NCBI RefSeq assembly: GCF_009914755.1
Contig: NC_060937.1
Length of the DNA: 64,000 nucleotides
Source of the DNA: the human T2T-CHM13v2.0 reference genome, Homo sapiens
Direction: 5' to 3' (one strand)
The translations under genes and the position numbers were made by a program. Shown here piece after piece: positions 38,422 through 54,583 of this stretch (position 1 is its first letter; each line of letters opens with the position of its first letter). A model generated the notes under the pieces. That model ran no database searches. It worked only from the letters and a program-made list of their open reading frames with translations, and had not been told where the DNA came from.

Positions 38422-39207
38422 AGATATTTTATATTGAATGTTTGATTAACAGAAGCATAGTTTGGACATCCTAGTGCATAAATGGCAAACAGCTTTGTAT
38501 GCCCTGCAGATCTCATGTTGCCTGTCACATCACTGCCACCATCTATAATTTGAGATCTTTTATTCTTTGATTAACTTGAATGAAAAAAAAAAAAAAAACT
38601 CCAGTTTCCTATGTCCTGCAGTCTGGTGATCTGTGTTCAAAGTCATGTCTCAAAACATGTACCCAAACAGTGAAATAGAAAAGTAGTTCCTTGTCAGAGT
38701 AAACACAGAAGCGTATCAGTATTTTTTGAAATACCTTCTTGTAGTATTTAGGACTTTTGACATCTATTTGAAAAATGAAAAGTAACTTTTTAAATGGCCA
38801 GGTATATTTTTCTTCAAACATCAAAAGCAGCTTAGTTTAATGGTGAAGTGTGTCCTGGCCGAGGCTATAAGATAGTGCCTATTCTCGACTTTCTTGCTAA
38901 GCCTATATACAAAGCAGGAGTGGCTGCTTTCACTAGAATATTTTCAAGAAGCTTAGCTTTTCAGGATCTGGGGGGCAGATAAATCTTAATCATGTAGAAA
39001 AATTGTAACCACAGTTCTGACACTTTCATTTCTTACTACTGGCAGTGAAGCCCTTTTCAGTGAAAAACAGTATATAAATCTTCTCTTGACTCAGATGAAT
39101 TCTGGTCTGTCACATACTCTCGTTTCACTGAGTAACTTTCCAAATTACAAGTTTGTTTTCTGATAAGCAAATTCAACAAAATCCAACACACACCCACAAC
39201 AGTCTAA

Positions 39208-39531
<324 letters not shown>

Positions 39532-39888
39532 TAATTAATAGGTGTCAACTAATAATAAAGAAATGCTAAGTCTCTCTACATGGTTTACTGCAAGTTGTTT
39601 GCATTTTTATTCACACACTATTCCAAGAGTTCCTGACATTTGTCTGCCCCGTCAACCCTAATACCAGATTTGTGTGAACAAATACAATTTCCACCAAACC
39701 TTCCCATTTGTTTTCCCTCTACCATAAACACCAACACTCATCCTGCTTCTCGGCCTCTCCTATATTGAAGTATGGAAATACAAAGTTTCCTTCTCGTTAA
39801 TGGTGAGAGTGACAGTGTCTATAGGTAAGACAAAAAAAAAATCACCAGAATTTACTGCATGATTCTACGCGAGAAACTGAGCTAAATA

Positions 39889-40188
39889 TTTTTTCCTTTT
39901 TTTTTGAGAAGGAGTCTCGCTGTGTCACCCAGGCTGGAGTGCAGTGGCGTGATCTCGGCTCACTCCAACCTCCATCTCCTGGGTTCAAGTGATTCTCCCT
40001 GCCTCAGCATCCTGAATAGCTGGGATTACAGGCATGCACCACAATGCCAGGCTAATTTTTGTATTTTTAGTAGAGACGGGGTTTCACCGTGTTGGCCAGG
40101 CTGGTCTTGAACTCCTGACCTCAGGTGATCCACCTGCCTCAGCCTCCCAACATGCTGGGATTACAAGCGTGCACCACCGTGCCCAGCC
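39889..40188 (-). mobile_element. AluSx
   Basis: Full-length Alu. Confidence 0.92.
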
Positions 40189-40758
40189 TAAATTTTTTAC
40201 ACAGATGAAAAATCCTCGTTACAAACAGGATTAGCATTCCCACTTTACAGATTAGGTCACTGAGGCTCAGGGAAGTCATGTGCTTCCCAAGAGACACTCA
40301 GGCAGGCATGCCCCCTCCCATACCTGGGGACCGCACTTTTCCCTCACTGAGAAAAGTGATATGAGCCAACCGGAAAACTATACCTTGTCCCACCCTTTAT
40401 CTATACTTATATGTTCTGTCCCCTCTCCTGATACGGATAAAAATGTTTCCCTGAGCCTATCAAAACTGAACCTTTTCATTTCAGCCCTGGGTCCCAGCCC
40501 CTCTCCTTTTCTCGAGAACTGTATCCAGCCTATAGTTAATGTTTCAAATTCCCCACCATTCATTCTCTCTTTGCCACACTCCAGCCTGGCTTCTGCCCTT
40601 GCCACTCCTCAGAGTGGGCTCTCGTTGAGGTCTATAATCGCCATGCAGCCAAATGCAGCAAGTGTCTCCTGCCTCACTTTCCCTGAGCTCCGTACCTGAG
40701 ACAGAACTACACCAACAGCAGGGTTATGGAGGACCCTATGTCCCCAACAGAGGTTTTC

Positions 40759-41132
40759 AGATGTGGTTTGGCTGTGTCCCCACCCAAATCTCACCTTGAA
40801 TTGTAATCTCCATAATCCCCACATGTCAAGGGCGGGACCAGGTGGAGGTAATTGGATCATGGGACTAGTTTCCTCCATGCTATTCTCATGATAGTGGGTG
40901 AGTCTCGCGAGAGCTGAGAGTTTTATAAGCGTCTGGCATTTCCCCTGCTTGCACTCATTCCATCCTTCCACCCTGTGAAAAAGGTGCCTGCTTCTCATTT
41001 GCTTTCTGCCATGATTGTAAGTTTCCTGAGGCCTCTCCAGCCATGCTGAACTGAGTCAATTAAGCCTCTTTCCTTTATAAATTACCCAGTCTTGGGTATT
41101 TCTTCACGGCAGCATGACAACGGACTAATACA
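40759..41132 (+). mobile_element. THE1 (B/C-like) MaLR solo LTR
   Basis: gatgtggtttggctgtgtccccacccaaatctcaccttgaattgta...cctttataaattacccagtcttggg...ggactaataca. Confidence 0.95.
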
Positions 41133-41375
41133 CCTTTTTATCATGTCTAGTGCCATGAACATAACAATGAAATCTTCCACGTCAGTGTTACTGTACTGTG
41201 AAAGATAGTCCTGCAGGAAGTCTCATACAACATGAGAAATGAGACTCAGGTGTCTAAAGAAGTCCCACACTTTCAAAGTGGTACCAGCTTTGGATGTATA
41301 CGTGCAGTATGGCTGTAAGGGTTGTAATTTCAGAAGAAACTGATTTTTGTAATAGAGAACATATGGTAAAAAAAA

Positions 41376-41407
<32 letters not shown>

Positions 41408-42336
41408 TTGTAGGAAATAGAAAAATAAGTTACCCCTGAAGGTGAGGCTACACTCACCTATCAGAACCTCAAACGCTAAATGCGCATGCCCATCAAGAGA
41501 TCTTGGCGTATAGAACATGAATATCACCACCAGAGAAACTGACTATTCCTTGAGTGGCCGAAAACCTTAGGAAGTGAAAATTAGAGACTGTTACAATGTT
41601 CATAATCTCAAAAGGACAAATAGGATACAAACCAAATCATGCGTACAGAGAATATTCCAAGGTCAGATTCTACCCAAGAGGGAGTTTGAACGATGAGCTC
41701 ATGATCTCAGTGCTGGGGCCACTCTCAGACAAGCCCGAGCCCCATTTGTGGAAACAATAGGATGGTCTGGACTCAAATGAACTGTTAACAAAATAAGGGA
41801 GGAAATTTTGTTGCTGCTGGTATGGAAAGGTGGAAATGTCTTCCACGGGCATCCCAGCATTCCTGATGTTACTGAGGCAGCCTCTGAAGCAGTGGCTCTT
41901 TGGAATAAGTCAGCAACCCCAATCATTAATTAAAGTTTTATCCCAGTTAATTACTGCATGAATTTTGACAACAAAAATAAAGCATAAATACAAAACTCTT
42001 GGAACAAAATAAAGGAAGTTCAGGACCTTGAGGAAGAACATAGGGAAATTTCAGTCAGGACCAAGGGTTGTTAGTGAGGATTTTATTATGAGGAAGTGGT
42101 AGCAGCCTTCAGTTCTCTGGAGAGCAAAGGCTCAAGAGAAAGGAGTGCCCTTATGAGTTTTTCATCATACACTTTTCCTTCCCAGACCCAAATCTTAAAT
42201 AACCTCACGCCTAAACTCTACAGCAATCCCCCTGTTAGGATAATCTGGGCATCAGTAACTCCTCCCACTCTTACCTTTAAACTAGTCTGTACTTAACTTT
42301 TTTGCATATCAGCAAGATCTTTTTATTTACTCTTGA

Positions 42337-42682
<346 letters not shown>

Positions 42683-43195
42683 AATTCTCTCCCTATCCTT
42701 TGTCTTCTGAGGATGCTGATACAGTAAGTATCAACCATATCCAGTCTTTCACCCATGAAGATTGTCGTCGAGTATTATTCCATAATTTGTAATTTCTATT
42801 ACATGTCTCTTTCCCAATTGGGTCATGACATTTTTTGAAAATAATGTATTATCTACTGCAGGTTAGGATATATTTAAAGTCCCTTTCTAAGGATGAATTC
42901 CCTATTTTATCTGCCTTTTTAAAATCCTCAATCCAGAACCCACTGTTCCAAGAACCTATGCGCTGAAAGAGATTCTTTCTTCTGTCTCTAAGACAATCAA
43001 CATGTTGGATGCAGTCAGTCTGATCAGAAAACTACAATCATGTTAAACTCTGACATCTTCTTCTCCTAAAGGCCATGTTTTTATATCTGGAGACAGAGGA
43101 GGGTATACACCCCGCATCTCCTTTGGGAAAAGGAACTATACTTTTCTCCAGGAGATATGAACACCCTTATTTCACCTATTTAAAAGCAAGGAAAC

Positions 43196-43517
<322 letters not shown>

Positions 43518-43984
43518 TTACGATGTGGGTCAAGATCTCCAAGCCATAAATGCACTAGGATTGCCTTCTGTTCTGATCGCCCCGTTATCAGCTTTTGCTT
43601 TTCCGTGCATCCGACCCTGCCAGCCACTCCTATTTGTGCTTCTGTATTAGGGTCTCTGGAATATTTGGCCCTGACACTTAGAGTCTTTTGTGATTCTCTC
43701 CATAGAAATTCTTAGAAGGGACATACTGTATGCCTAGTTACTCCATATTTGTTCACTGTGTCAATGTGATAACATAGGCTGTCTACAAACAAGGTGACTT
43801 TCCCTCCAGCCAATGAGAAGTAGGAACAAAACATAAAGCAAATATAGGTTTACCTTGAGATGGTCACATAGAACATGTTTCTGCTGTAAGTTGACCTTCT
43901 GTACTTCTTCCCAGAAGAATTAGAGGACAGTTTTTCTGTCTCCTGAAGATGCTAACTTAGGATGATGTTTGGAGGGAGAAAACT

Positions 43985-44378
43985 TAGTTTTTAATGTTTG
44001 TCTTCTCAAAAACTCATGCTGAAATTTAATTGCCATTGTAACAGTATTAAGAGGTGGGACCTCTAAGAGGTGATTGGGCTGTAAACCCACCCATGAGGGT
44101 GAGTTTAATGCCTTTAAGAAAGGGCTTTCAGGAGTAGGTCATATCACTCTGCTCTTCTTCTCTCCTGCCATAGGAGGAATGCTGTTCCTTTCATCAGAGG
44201 ATGCAGCATTCAAGGTACCATCTTGGGAGCAGAAACCAGGCCCTTACCAGACACCAAGCCTGCCAGCACATTGATCTTGGATTTTCCAGCCCCCAGAACT
44301 ATAAGAAATAAATTTCTTTTCTTCAAAATTATCCAGTCTTTGTTATTCTGTTACAGCAGCACAAAAGAGACTACGACA
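43985..44378 (+). mobile_element. MST (B/C-like) MaLR solo LTR
   Basis: aactcatgctgaaatttaattgccattgtaacagtattaagaggtggg...agaaataaatttc...gactacgaca. Confidence 0.88.
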
Positions 44379-44419
44379 AAGTTGAATTCTGCCAGAAGAT
44401 ACGTTTCCTAACACAACAT

Positions 44420-45650
<1,231 letters not shown>

Positions 45651-48131
45651 AAATAAATCACTGAATATGTTGGCATAGTCTTATTCCACCTTATTAATTC
45701 AATTGATAAACTTTTTTTTTTGAGAGGAGATTTCATGTGATGATCTGTCTTAGATGGCAAAGATATAGAAAGGAATTTAATACTGTTCTTACTCTCAGGG
45801 AATTAACAATCTAGTGGAAGAGATAGATGTGTAAGATGGTGTTTCAAACAATTTACTTTTCTATCAAAAGGAGGAAATGTGTTACCACGGAAAAGAAGTT
45901 AATTTATTATCCCACAGTGTATGACTAAACAAAATCACTCCCCATCCCCAATTTACTGTAATGTTAAGTGAAAAGTTGAACATGTCCTCATCCTGAGCAG
46001 GTCCTAACTGCTAAACCCTAAACTTAAGTCACTGTGATCACCCACCCATACCCTGCTCTAAGCAGGTAAATGTATGACTTTATATGAAGAGAGACAGGTT
46101 GACAGAATAGCTCTATTTTCCTATTTTCAAAAATTCCCCTATCTTTAAATATCAACTGTGAGAACCTAGGAGAACAGAAGATGTAGGAATATATCAATTT
46201 AAAATAAACTCATGATGTCCTTCTGCATACAGCAGTTTGGCAAATTGCAGGAAAAGTGCTGGCCGTAAAACTCAAATAGCTTATTATCATTCTGGATGCA
46301 TTGCTGGTTCACAAATCTTTCCTCAAGGTGTTAAGATTTTGGACTCAGGGAGAAATGATTGCGTGTTTTATTTTGAATCACTTATTTATGGTATAATTCT
46401 TTAAAGTTATATATTGTAGACAGTCTAAGTTTTACCCCCCAGTTTTTAGAAGCATATAAACTTTTCTTTGCAGTATATAGAGAGACTGAGCTTCAGCTAC
46501 ATAGGCAACTTACAATCCATCTGAGTTGAATGATTAGCATGTCAGTTATTCAAACACTTTGCATCTTCTATTTCCTCCTGTAGCTAAATTGGGTTATTAC
46601 AAAATGTGGTGATATCTCAACAGAAACATTAAAGAGGATAAAATCAAAGTAAGCTTGTAAACTTTCTTCACAAAATGGTTTAGTAGGTGGAAAGTGACAG
46701 AATTGACCAATTGAAGGATTTTTAACTCATGCAATTTTTCCTCATTGGAACAAACTAGCATTTACCAAGTCCTTCTTTCCTACACTGACAGAACAAAGTT
46801 TGAGAGGAGAAAACAATAGAGGAGACTGGAATGGCTCCATTGAATGGAAGGTACCACATGGTAGGCAGGAGAAACAGGCACATCAGTTTGATATGAATTG
46901 TAATCTATTTGCGTTATCCATTAGCAAAGTAAATGGGAAAATTCCTTTACCTTTCTGAGTCTTGGATTATAGATTATTAAGTGGAATGCTGTAAGTATTA
47001 GAGTTAATGTTTATAAAGGACCTATAATTATAGTTATTACAAATGGTAGTTACTGTTAATACTTCTGTATAAATGTTGGAACAATCACCGTAGTCTATGG
47101 CCAAGAAAGTTTTCAAGTACAGGATATGTTTCTTTGGGGCTAAACTATTTCCATCGTAGGTTGGTAATTCCAAAGGAATGAGAGAAATTTTATTGTTAGT
47201 CAAGGCCTCTGCCTTCTCTTCTTTGCATTCCCCCAAATTCAAGTGTCCTTTAAATCCAGACACAGAAGAGGATGGTGATTCACTAATTACTCTCATCTAC
47301 CGGATAATATTTATTGCACATACAAATATGGGTAGAATACTAAGCCTATGTCCTAAATAATACAGGATGAACAAGGCGGATTAGTGGCTGTCTACATTAT
47401 TCTATACTCAAGTCATTAGTAGGGTGTCCCCATCTGGAGGCCACCATATTCATACTCACTCCATTGCCTCACCAGAGAGTCTGAAATTCCATTTGCTATC
47501 CAAAAGGCATTGCTAGGAGCTAAAATCCAAATTCACTTGATCCCTTCTCCCCGTTTACTTTTCTTCCTGACAACTATTACTATCAAAAATTATTGCGTCA
47601 CTTATTTAGTTGTCTGTATCCACTCACCAGCATGTAACTCCAGGAGAGCAAAGACTTTACCATCTTGATCACCAAAGTACTTCTAGAGTGGGAGTTAATG
47701 CAAGGTAGGTATCACACCATTTACACACTAGTGCCATCCTCCACAGTGTGAGACTGCCAGACAGCTCTTTCCTTGTAGAGACCAGAATACCGTAGTCAAG
47801 ACAGCGACTATTTGACCTGCAGAAACTTGGGACATGTTATTGATTCATGAGGCACATCCACATCATGAGAGTTGGGTAAGGTGATATGAAGCTCTGCTCA
47901 CAGGATTAGTACAGGTCAAGCCTCTATCCTACTGAAATAACATTCACAATGCCCTCTCATGTTTCTCTGTCGCATCACTAGAGGACCTCACATCCCATAA
48001 CAATCTCAGGAGCTCTTTACTGGGAGAGAAGGAAAAATGGGCTTTCTTATTTGTCTCACTGAGGGGGTCTCCTCTCTTGATCTGGAAGGTTCCTTCTGAG
48101 CGAGGTGTATAAGATCAGAAAGTTGGCTTCT

Positions 48132-48406
48132 GGCTAGGCGCGGTGGCTCACGCCTGTAATCCCAGCACTTTGGGAGGCTGAGGCGGGTGGATCACGAGGT
48201 CAGGAGATTGAGACCATCCTGGCTAACACAGTGAAACCCTGTCTCTACTAAAAATACAAAAAAATTAGCCAGAGGTGGTGGCGGCTGGCTGTAGTGCCAG
48301 CTACTCGGGAGGCTGAGGCAGGAGAATAGCGTGAACCCAGGAGGCAGAGCTTGTAGCGAGCCAAGATTGTGCCACTGCACTCCAGCCTGGGTGACAAAAA
48401 AAAAAA
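48132..48406 (+). mobile_element. AluY/Sc lacking the last ~17 nt before the tail
   Basis: cctgggtgac followed directly by A-tail; TSD agaaagttggcttct. Confidence 0.92.
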
Positions 48407-48531
48407 AGAAAGTTGGCTTCTCAAATCCTCCACGTGGACCATGGTGCTTTAGATAAACGGACACCAGGGTTATTTCTCAGATTCTCAGCACTTACAATTC
48501 ATAGGTCTTACTGGAGACAGTAAAGAATCCT

Positions 48532-48869
<338 letters not shown>

Positions 48870-50261
48870 CTAAGCAGAGGCTGAATTATACTGGCTCTAG
48901 CACATCTGCTCTCACAGGGATTTCAGATGCTGCCAGATCCTGCCCCTTCCCTCACCCCCAGCTGTGAGTATTTCTTGGAATCACTGGAAACTGTTCTTCC
49001 TTCTCTCAGAACTAAGCTCATTTCGAAACTACCTTCTGCCATTCTCAGGGCTGCATGGCTGTTTCAGCTCCACAGGGCTGTGGAGAACAGTCCCCAGCAT
49101 GGTGGGTGCTGTCACCACTGGGGCCGCAGCTGAAACCTGCCCTCCATAGCCATAGCCATTATCTGGTCCTGTGGACTCTGATGTTCCTTGCTAGAGGGCT
49201 CCATAGCTGTGTGCCTGCCACATGCCTATGCCACTAAAAGACGCACAACAAAGGGCATGTTCGTCTCCCGGTGGCCTGACCCATAATTTGCCACAGGATC
49301 TTGTGGCTTTTTCTGAGCTGAGATGCTGCTGCTGCTGCTGATGGGATTGAAATAAGTCACAAGTAAGTCTCCAGTTGAGATTTACTCAAAGATTCTCTTT
49401 CCTCTGGGTTTGCATTTCCGCCTTAATGCAAATATTGTAATTGTTACGGACCAAGGCATTGAGTGGACTGTGTGTGCTTGCGAGAGGTCTGCCATAATTC
49501 TGCCAGTAACACTATCCCCCTCTGGAAAGCCAGGAAGCAGGTCCCCTGTTTCTCTCCAGCAAGCAAAGATGAAAGGCCCTGGAAAATCTCTGTGGCTCCT
49601 GCCAACATGGGGAGTTACCCCACTGTGCCCCAGCATGGCCAGCAAATACAGGAACAGGAGCATAGCTGCTGCTCATACTGTCCCAACAAACCCAGGCTGT
49701 TCCTGGAGCTGCCACGGTACCCAGGCTGTGGGATGGTGAGCGCAGGGTGGCAGGACCTTGGCTAGCTGCCCCACCCAGCCATGGCTCCCAAGTCTCAGGC
49801 TGGACATGCTGTGGCTCCAGGGCTCCAGAGGTCAATGCCCCAGCTCTTCCCAATTTCCTAACATACCTCTCTGTCCCCGAATCTCAGATGTGCATTTAGG
49901 AGCTGGCCTGGCGACGACTCTGAGTAACTGCCACTATTCTTGGATTTCTTGTCCCTTTACCTGTAGTGCAATAAGTCACATCCCAAGCCTGCATCATTCT
50001 TGGATGCATTCTGTCCTGGAAGACCCCACAGCCATACCCACTGGCAGCTCAACTCACCCACAGCAATAGGCATGGCTTCAGTTCTTTCCAACAGGCTTTT
50101 CTGAGCTTCCACAAACACTCTTCTCCCAGGAAAGACTCTCCTACCATTTTGAAAAAAATGCTCAGGAATTCCTGAAATCTAGTACAGAGTAGTAAGAAGC
50201 TGTGTTGCAGTCTGGGAACCCAGGGAGGTGAGAGGAACTCAGAGCTGGAAAGGAGCATGCG

Positions 50262-50716
50262 GGAACAGTTTTCCACATGACCATACCGCTGGCCTCCACA
50301 CCTGGAGCAGCTTTCCACATGACCGTACCGCTGGCCTCCACAGCTGGGGCAGTTTCCACTCTACCCTACCGCCAGCCTCCACTCCTAGAGCACTTTCTAC
50401 ACTACCCTACCGCCAGCCTCCACACCTGGAGCAGTTTCTACTCTACCCTACCGCCAGCCTCCACACCTGGAGCAGTTTCTACACTACCCTACTGCCAGCC
50501 TCCACACCTGGAGCAGTTTCCACTCTACCCTACCACCAGCCTCCACACCTGGAGCAGTTTCTACACTCCCCTACTGCCAGCCTCCACACCTGGGGCAGTT
50601 TCTACCCTACCCTACTGCCAGCCTCCACACCTGGAGCAGTTTCCACTCTACCCTACTGCCAGCCTCCACACCTGGAGCACTTTCTACACTACCCTACGGC
50701 CGGCCTCCACACCTCT
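50262..50716. repeat. 41-bp GC-rich minisatellite (VNTR), ~11 copies
   Basis: Unit ctacactaccctac(c/t)gccagcctccacacctggagcagttt; anchor cacacctgg-like at 50297, 50339, 50380, 50421, 50462, 50503, 50544, 50585, 50626, 50667, 50708. Confidence 0.97.
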
Positions 50717-51644
50717 GACATATTTGACTATTTGTTTATGAAAGGCCACCAGCTAACTGCATCCTGATGGAAAACAATTTGTAAGTTACTAGGCACTGAG
50801 AGGATAATGACCTTCAGGAGAGGAATTCTAGGGTGGTATTCAGCCAAAGGACAGCAGAAGGAAGGGTAAGGGGACAGGGCAGGGTCCAGAGTAGGAAGGG
50901 TTTCCAGGGCAAAGACAACAAGTTATATAGAGGCCAAATGTTCCCATAGGGCGAGAATGAAAGTGGCATGGCCTTAAATTTCAAATAACTTTGGTAAATC
51001 AGAGATTAGATACTGGAGGCCATAATTATAATTTACCAACTATTGTAGATTATAAACTACGACATATAGTATTGAATTATCATTCCACTGTACTTTGAAA
51101 ACTAGCCTCAGTTGTTTAAAGTATACAGTAGCTACCTTGAGCCAGCTTTCCCAAGGCCTCCCTGGGTTTAGCTGATCATATTCCATTTCCAGGGTTACAA
51201 ATTCTAGAACTGAACCTTTGGTAAGAGCAAATTTACAAGTTAATAACCCATTTCCACAGCACTTCGTTTTATGCTAACATTTCTTTTGTGCTCTTGAAAA
51301 ATGAGTGTAGCTATATGTCTGTGAAATGATGTTAAATGAGCACATAAAGACATACAGTGAACATTGAAGAATCTGTGAAACACTATAAATTCTCTAGTCT
51401 CTGGCAAACTTTATGTTTGAAACTGACTGTGCTAAAAGTAAAAAACATAGTTCTCATCCTGGGGCAAAACCTTCAAGCAAAGATGTTTTTCCTTCTCTTG
51501 AAACTATTCTAAACCTAAAAGTTATTCTCTGTTCTAAACTGAAACATTCAGGAGGATAAGAACCATAATTACTCATTTTTGTATTCTAGTATCTAATACA
51601 CAGTAGGTGGCTGATAAATGTTTGCAAATCAATAAAGAAATTAA

Positions 51645-52256
<612 letters not shown>

Positions 52257-52264
52257 GCTCAGCC

Positions 52265-52872
<608 letters not shown>

Positions 52873-53037
52873 TGCATCATTATTTTCAATTTGATAATTC
52901 AATGATCTATAGCTGAAAAGCATTTTCACACAAGTTGAAAACTGACAACCAAATGTATAAATTAGGCAAAAGTGATCTAAGGTGTAATAATATTGGCTAG
53001 AAAAGACTTACTTTGGTTGAGAATTGCTATGAATATT

Positions 53038-53067
53038 ACACACACAGAAACACACACACACACACAC
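53038..53067. repeat. (CA)n microsatellite, interrupted
   Basis: acacacacagaaacacacacacacacacac. Confidence 0.85.
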
Positions 53068-54550
53068 CCCTCAGAAACAATTTGGTGAAACTTAAAATTA
53101 TTTGGTTATGAAGCGAAATATTTTGAGATGCCATTTAAAAGATATTTGCAAAAGTACCTGTAATTATAAAACTGAAAGAATGGTATTGGAAAAAGCATTA
53201 GTAACTTATCAATGTAGTGTTTTGAGAATTAAGTGATATGACACGTGTAAAGCCTTAGTGCTCTGTGTATGTTGGATGGTGATGGTAAAGGAAGTGTTGT
53301 TACCACTTAAATTTGTAAAACCTTAAAAATATCAATTTGAAATTGTAATTAGTTAACAAAACATTTACCGATCACCTAGGATATGCCAATTCTGTATAAG
53401 GTACTGGAGATCAATAGATTAATAAGACATGGTTCCTGCCCCCAGTATGCCATGGAGAGACCACCATAAATAATTAAAATGTAGCGCACGTGGTGCGAAA
53501 TGTACTCAAAGCTCTATGGGGACACAGTAAGGTAAGCAACTCACCCTGTTTAGAAGAGAACATGAAGGCTTCATAGCAAAGTGACCTTGGAATTGGATCC
53601 AGAGGATTCATACAACAGAGGAAGAAAAGTTCTCCAAGCAAAGAAAACAAATATTCAAAAACCCAGAAGCAGGTCACATGCAGGGCACCCATTTTCATTA
53701 AAGTATAGACAACAGAGAGCAGAAGTAGGTGAGATTGGGAAGATAGATGACTTCCAGCTGTCAAAGGCCCTATGGATATATAATTTTTCTTGTAAACAAT
53801 GTAAAACCACCCAAATTTTGCAAATGTAACTTATTTTAAAATAGCATTTTATCAATACTTTGGAGACCTTATGAGAGCTGAGCCACTGAAAAAGCAGAGA
53901 ATGATATAGACGTCTGATAATGTTTCAGAAGATAGACTCTAGCTTTGCTGTCTTTCCCCGGGAGGCACTGAGAGCAGCTGCAATGTTATCAGCCGCAGTT
54001 GCACTCCAGTGAACTTAAAGAACTTAATTTAGTATCAGGGATTAATTAAGGCATTGGGAAGAATCTGGCTCATTGCCCCTGACCAAGGTTGTTAAACAAT
54101 GCTGTTTCTGCATATATTATACACAAAACTAAGATGAATCCTGATTTCCTTGGATTTCAGTGTTTCCTCTTATAATTGCACATGCAGAGACATGAGAAAA
54201 ATCAAGCTAACTCCAAGGCAATTAACTACAAATATGAAGGATTCTCTTCATGTATTTATTTAACTACTCTTTGGAAACTCTATATTGACAAGTGTGTGAT
54301 GGTCTTTATATATGAATCCTTCTCTTTAGAAATGAAAGTACCTATTAAAAATTTAAAAGTACTGACTATTATGAATATAAATGGGATTTCAAATACTATG
54401 GGCTTCAAAATGTTCTATCCTATGCGATAAGAAATGAAAGCCTCTCAGTCCAAAAGTTAGGTTTTGAAGGTGAGCATTTTACATTTTCTATATCCACTGT
54501 GACATTTTATTATAGGAAGAAATCTTCTTGGAATAATATGACTATTTCTT

Positions 54551-54583
54551 TTTTTAAAATTTTTATTATTATTATACTTTAAG
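54551..54583 (-). mobile_element. Extremely 5'-truncated L1PA 3' tip with 19-bp TSD
   Basis: ttattattatactttaag is the reverse complement of the L1PA terminus cttaaagtataataa; TSD aataat(a/g)tgactatttctt at 54532-54550 and 54585-54603. Confidence 0.8.

Noticed and set aside
49324-49340. (CTG)5 trinucleotide repeat
   Set aside because: Too short to be notable
50262-50716. CRISPR-like array or coding repeat protein (ORFs of 154-179 aa)
   Set aside because: Units are contiguous with no unique spacers, no cas genes and a primate context; 41 is not a multiple of 3 and the ORFs just cycle through frames
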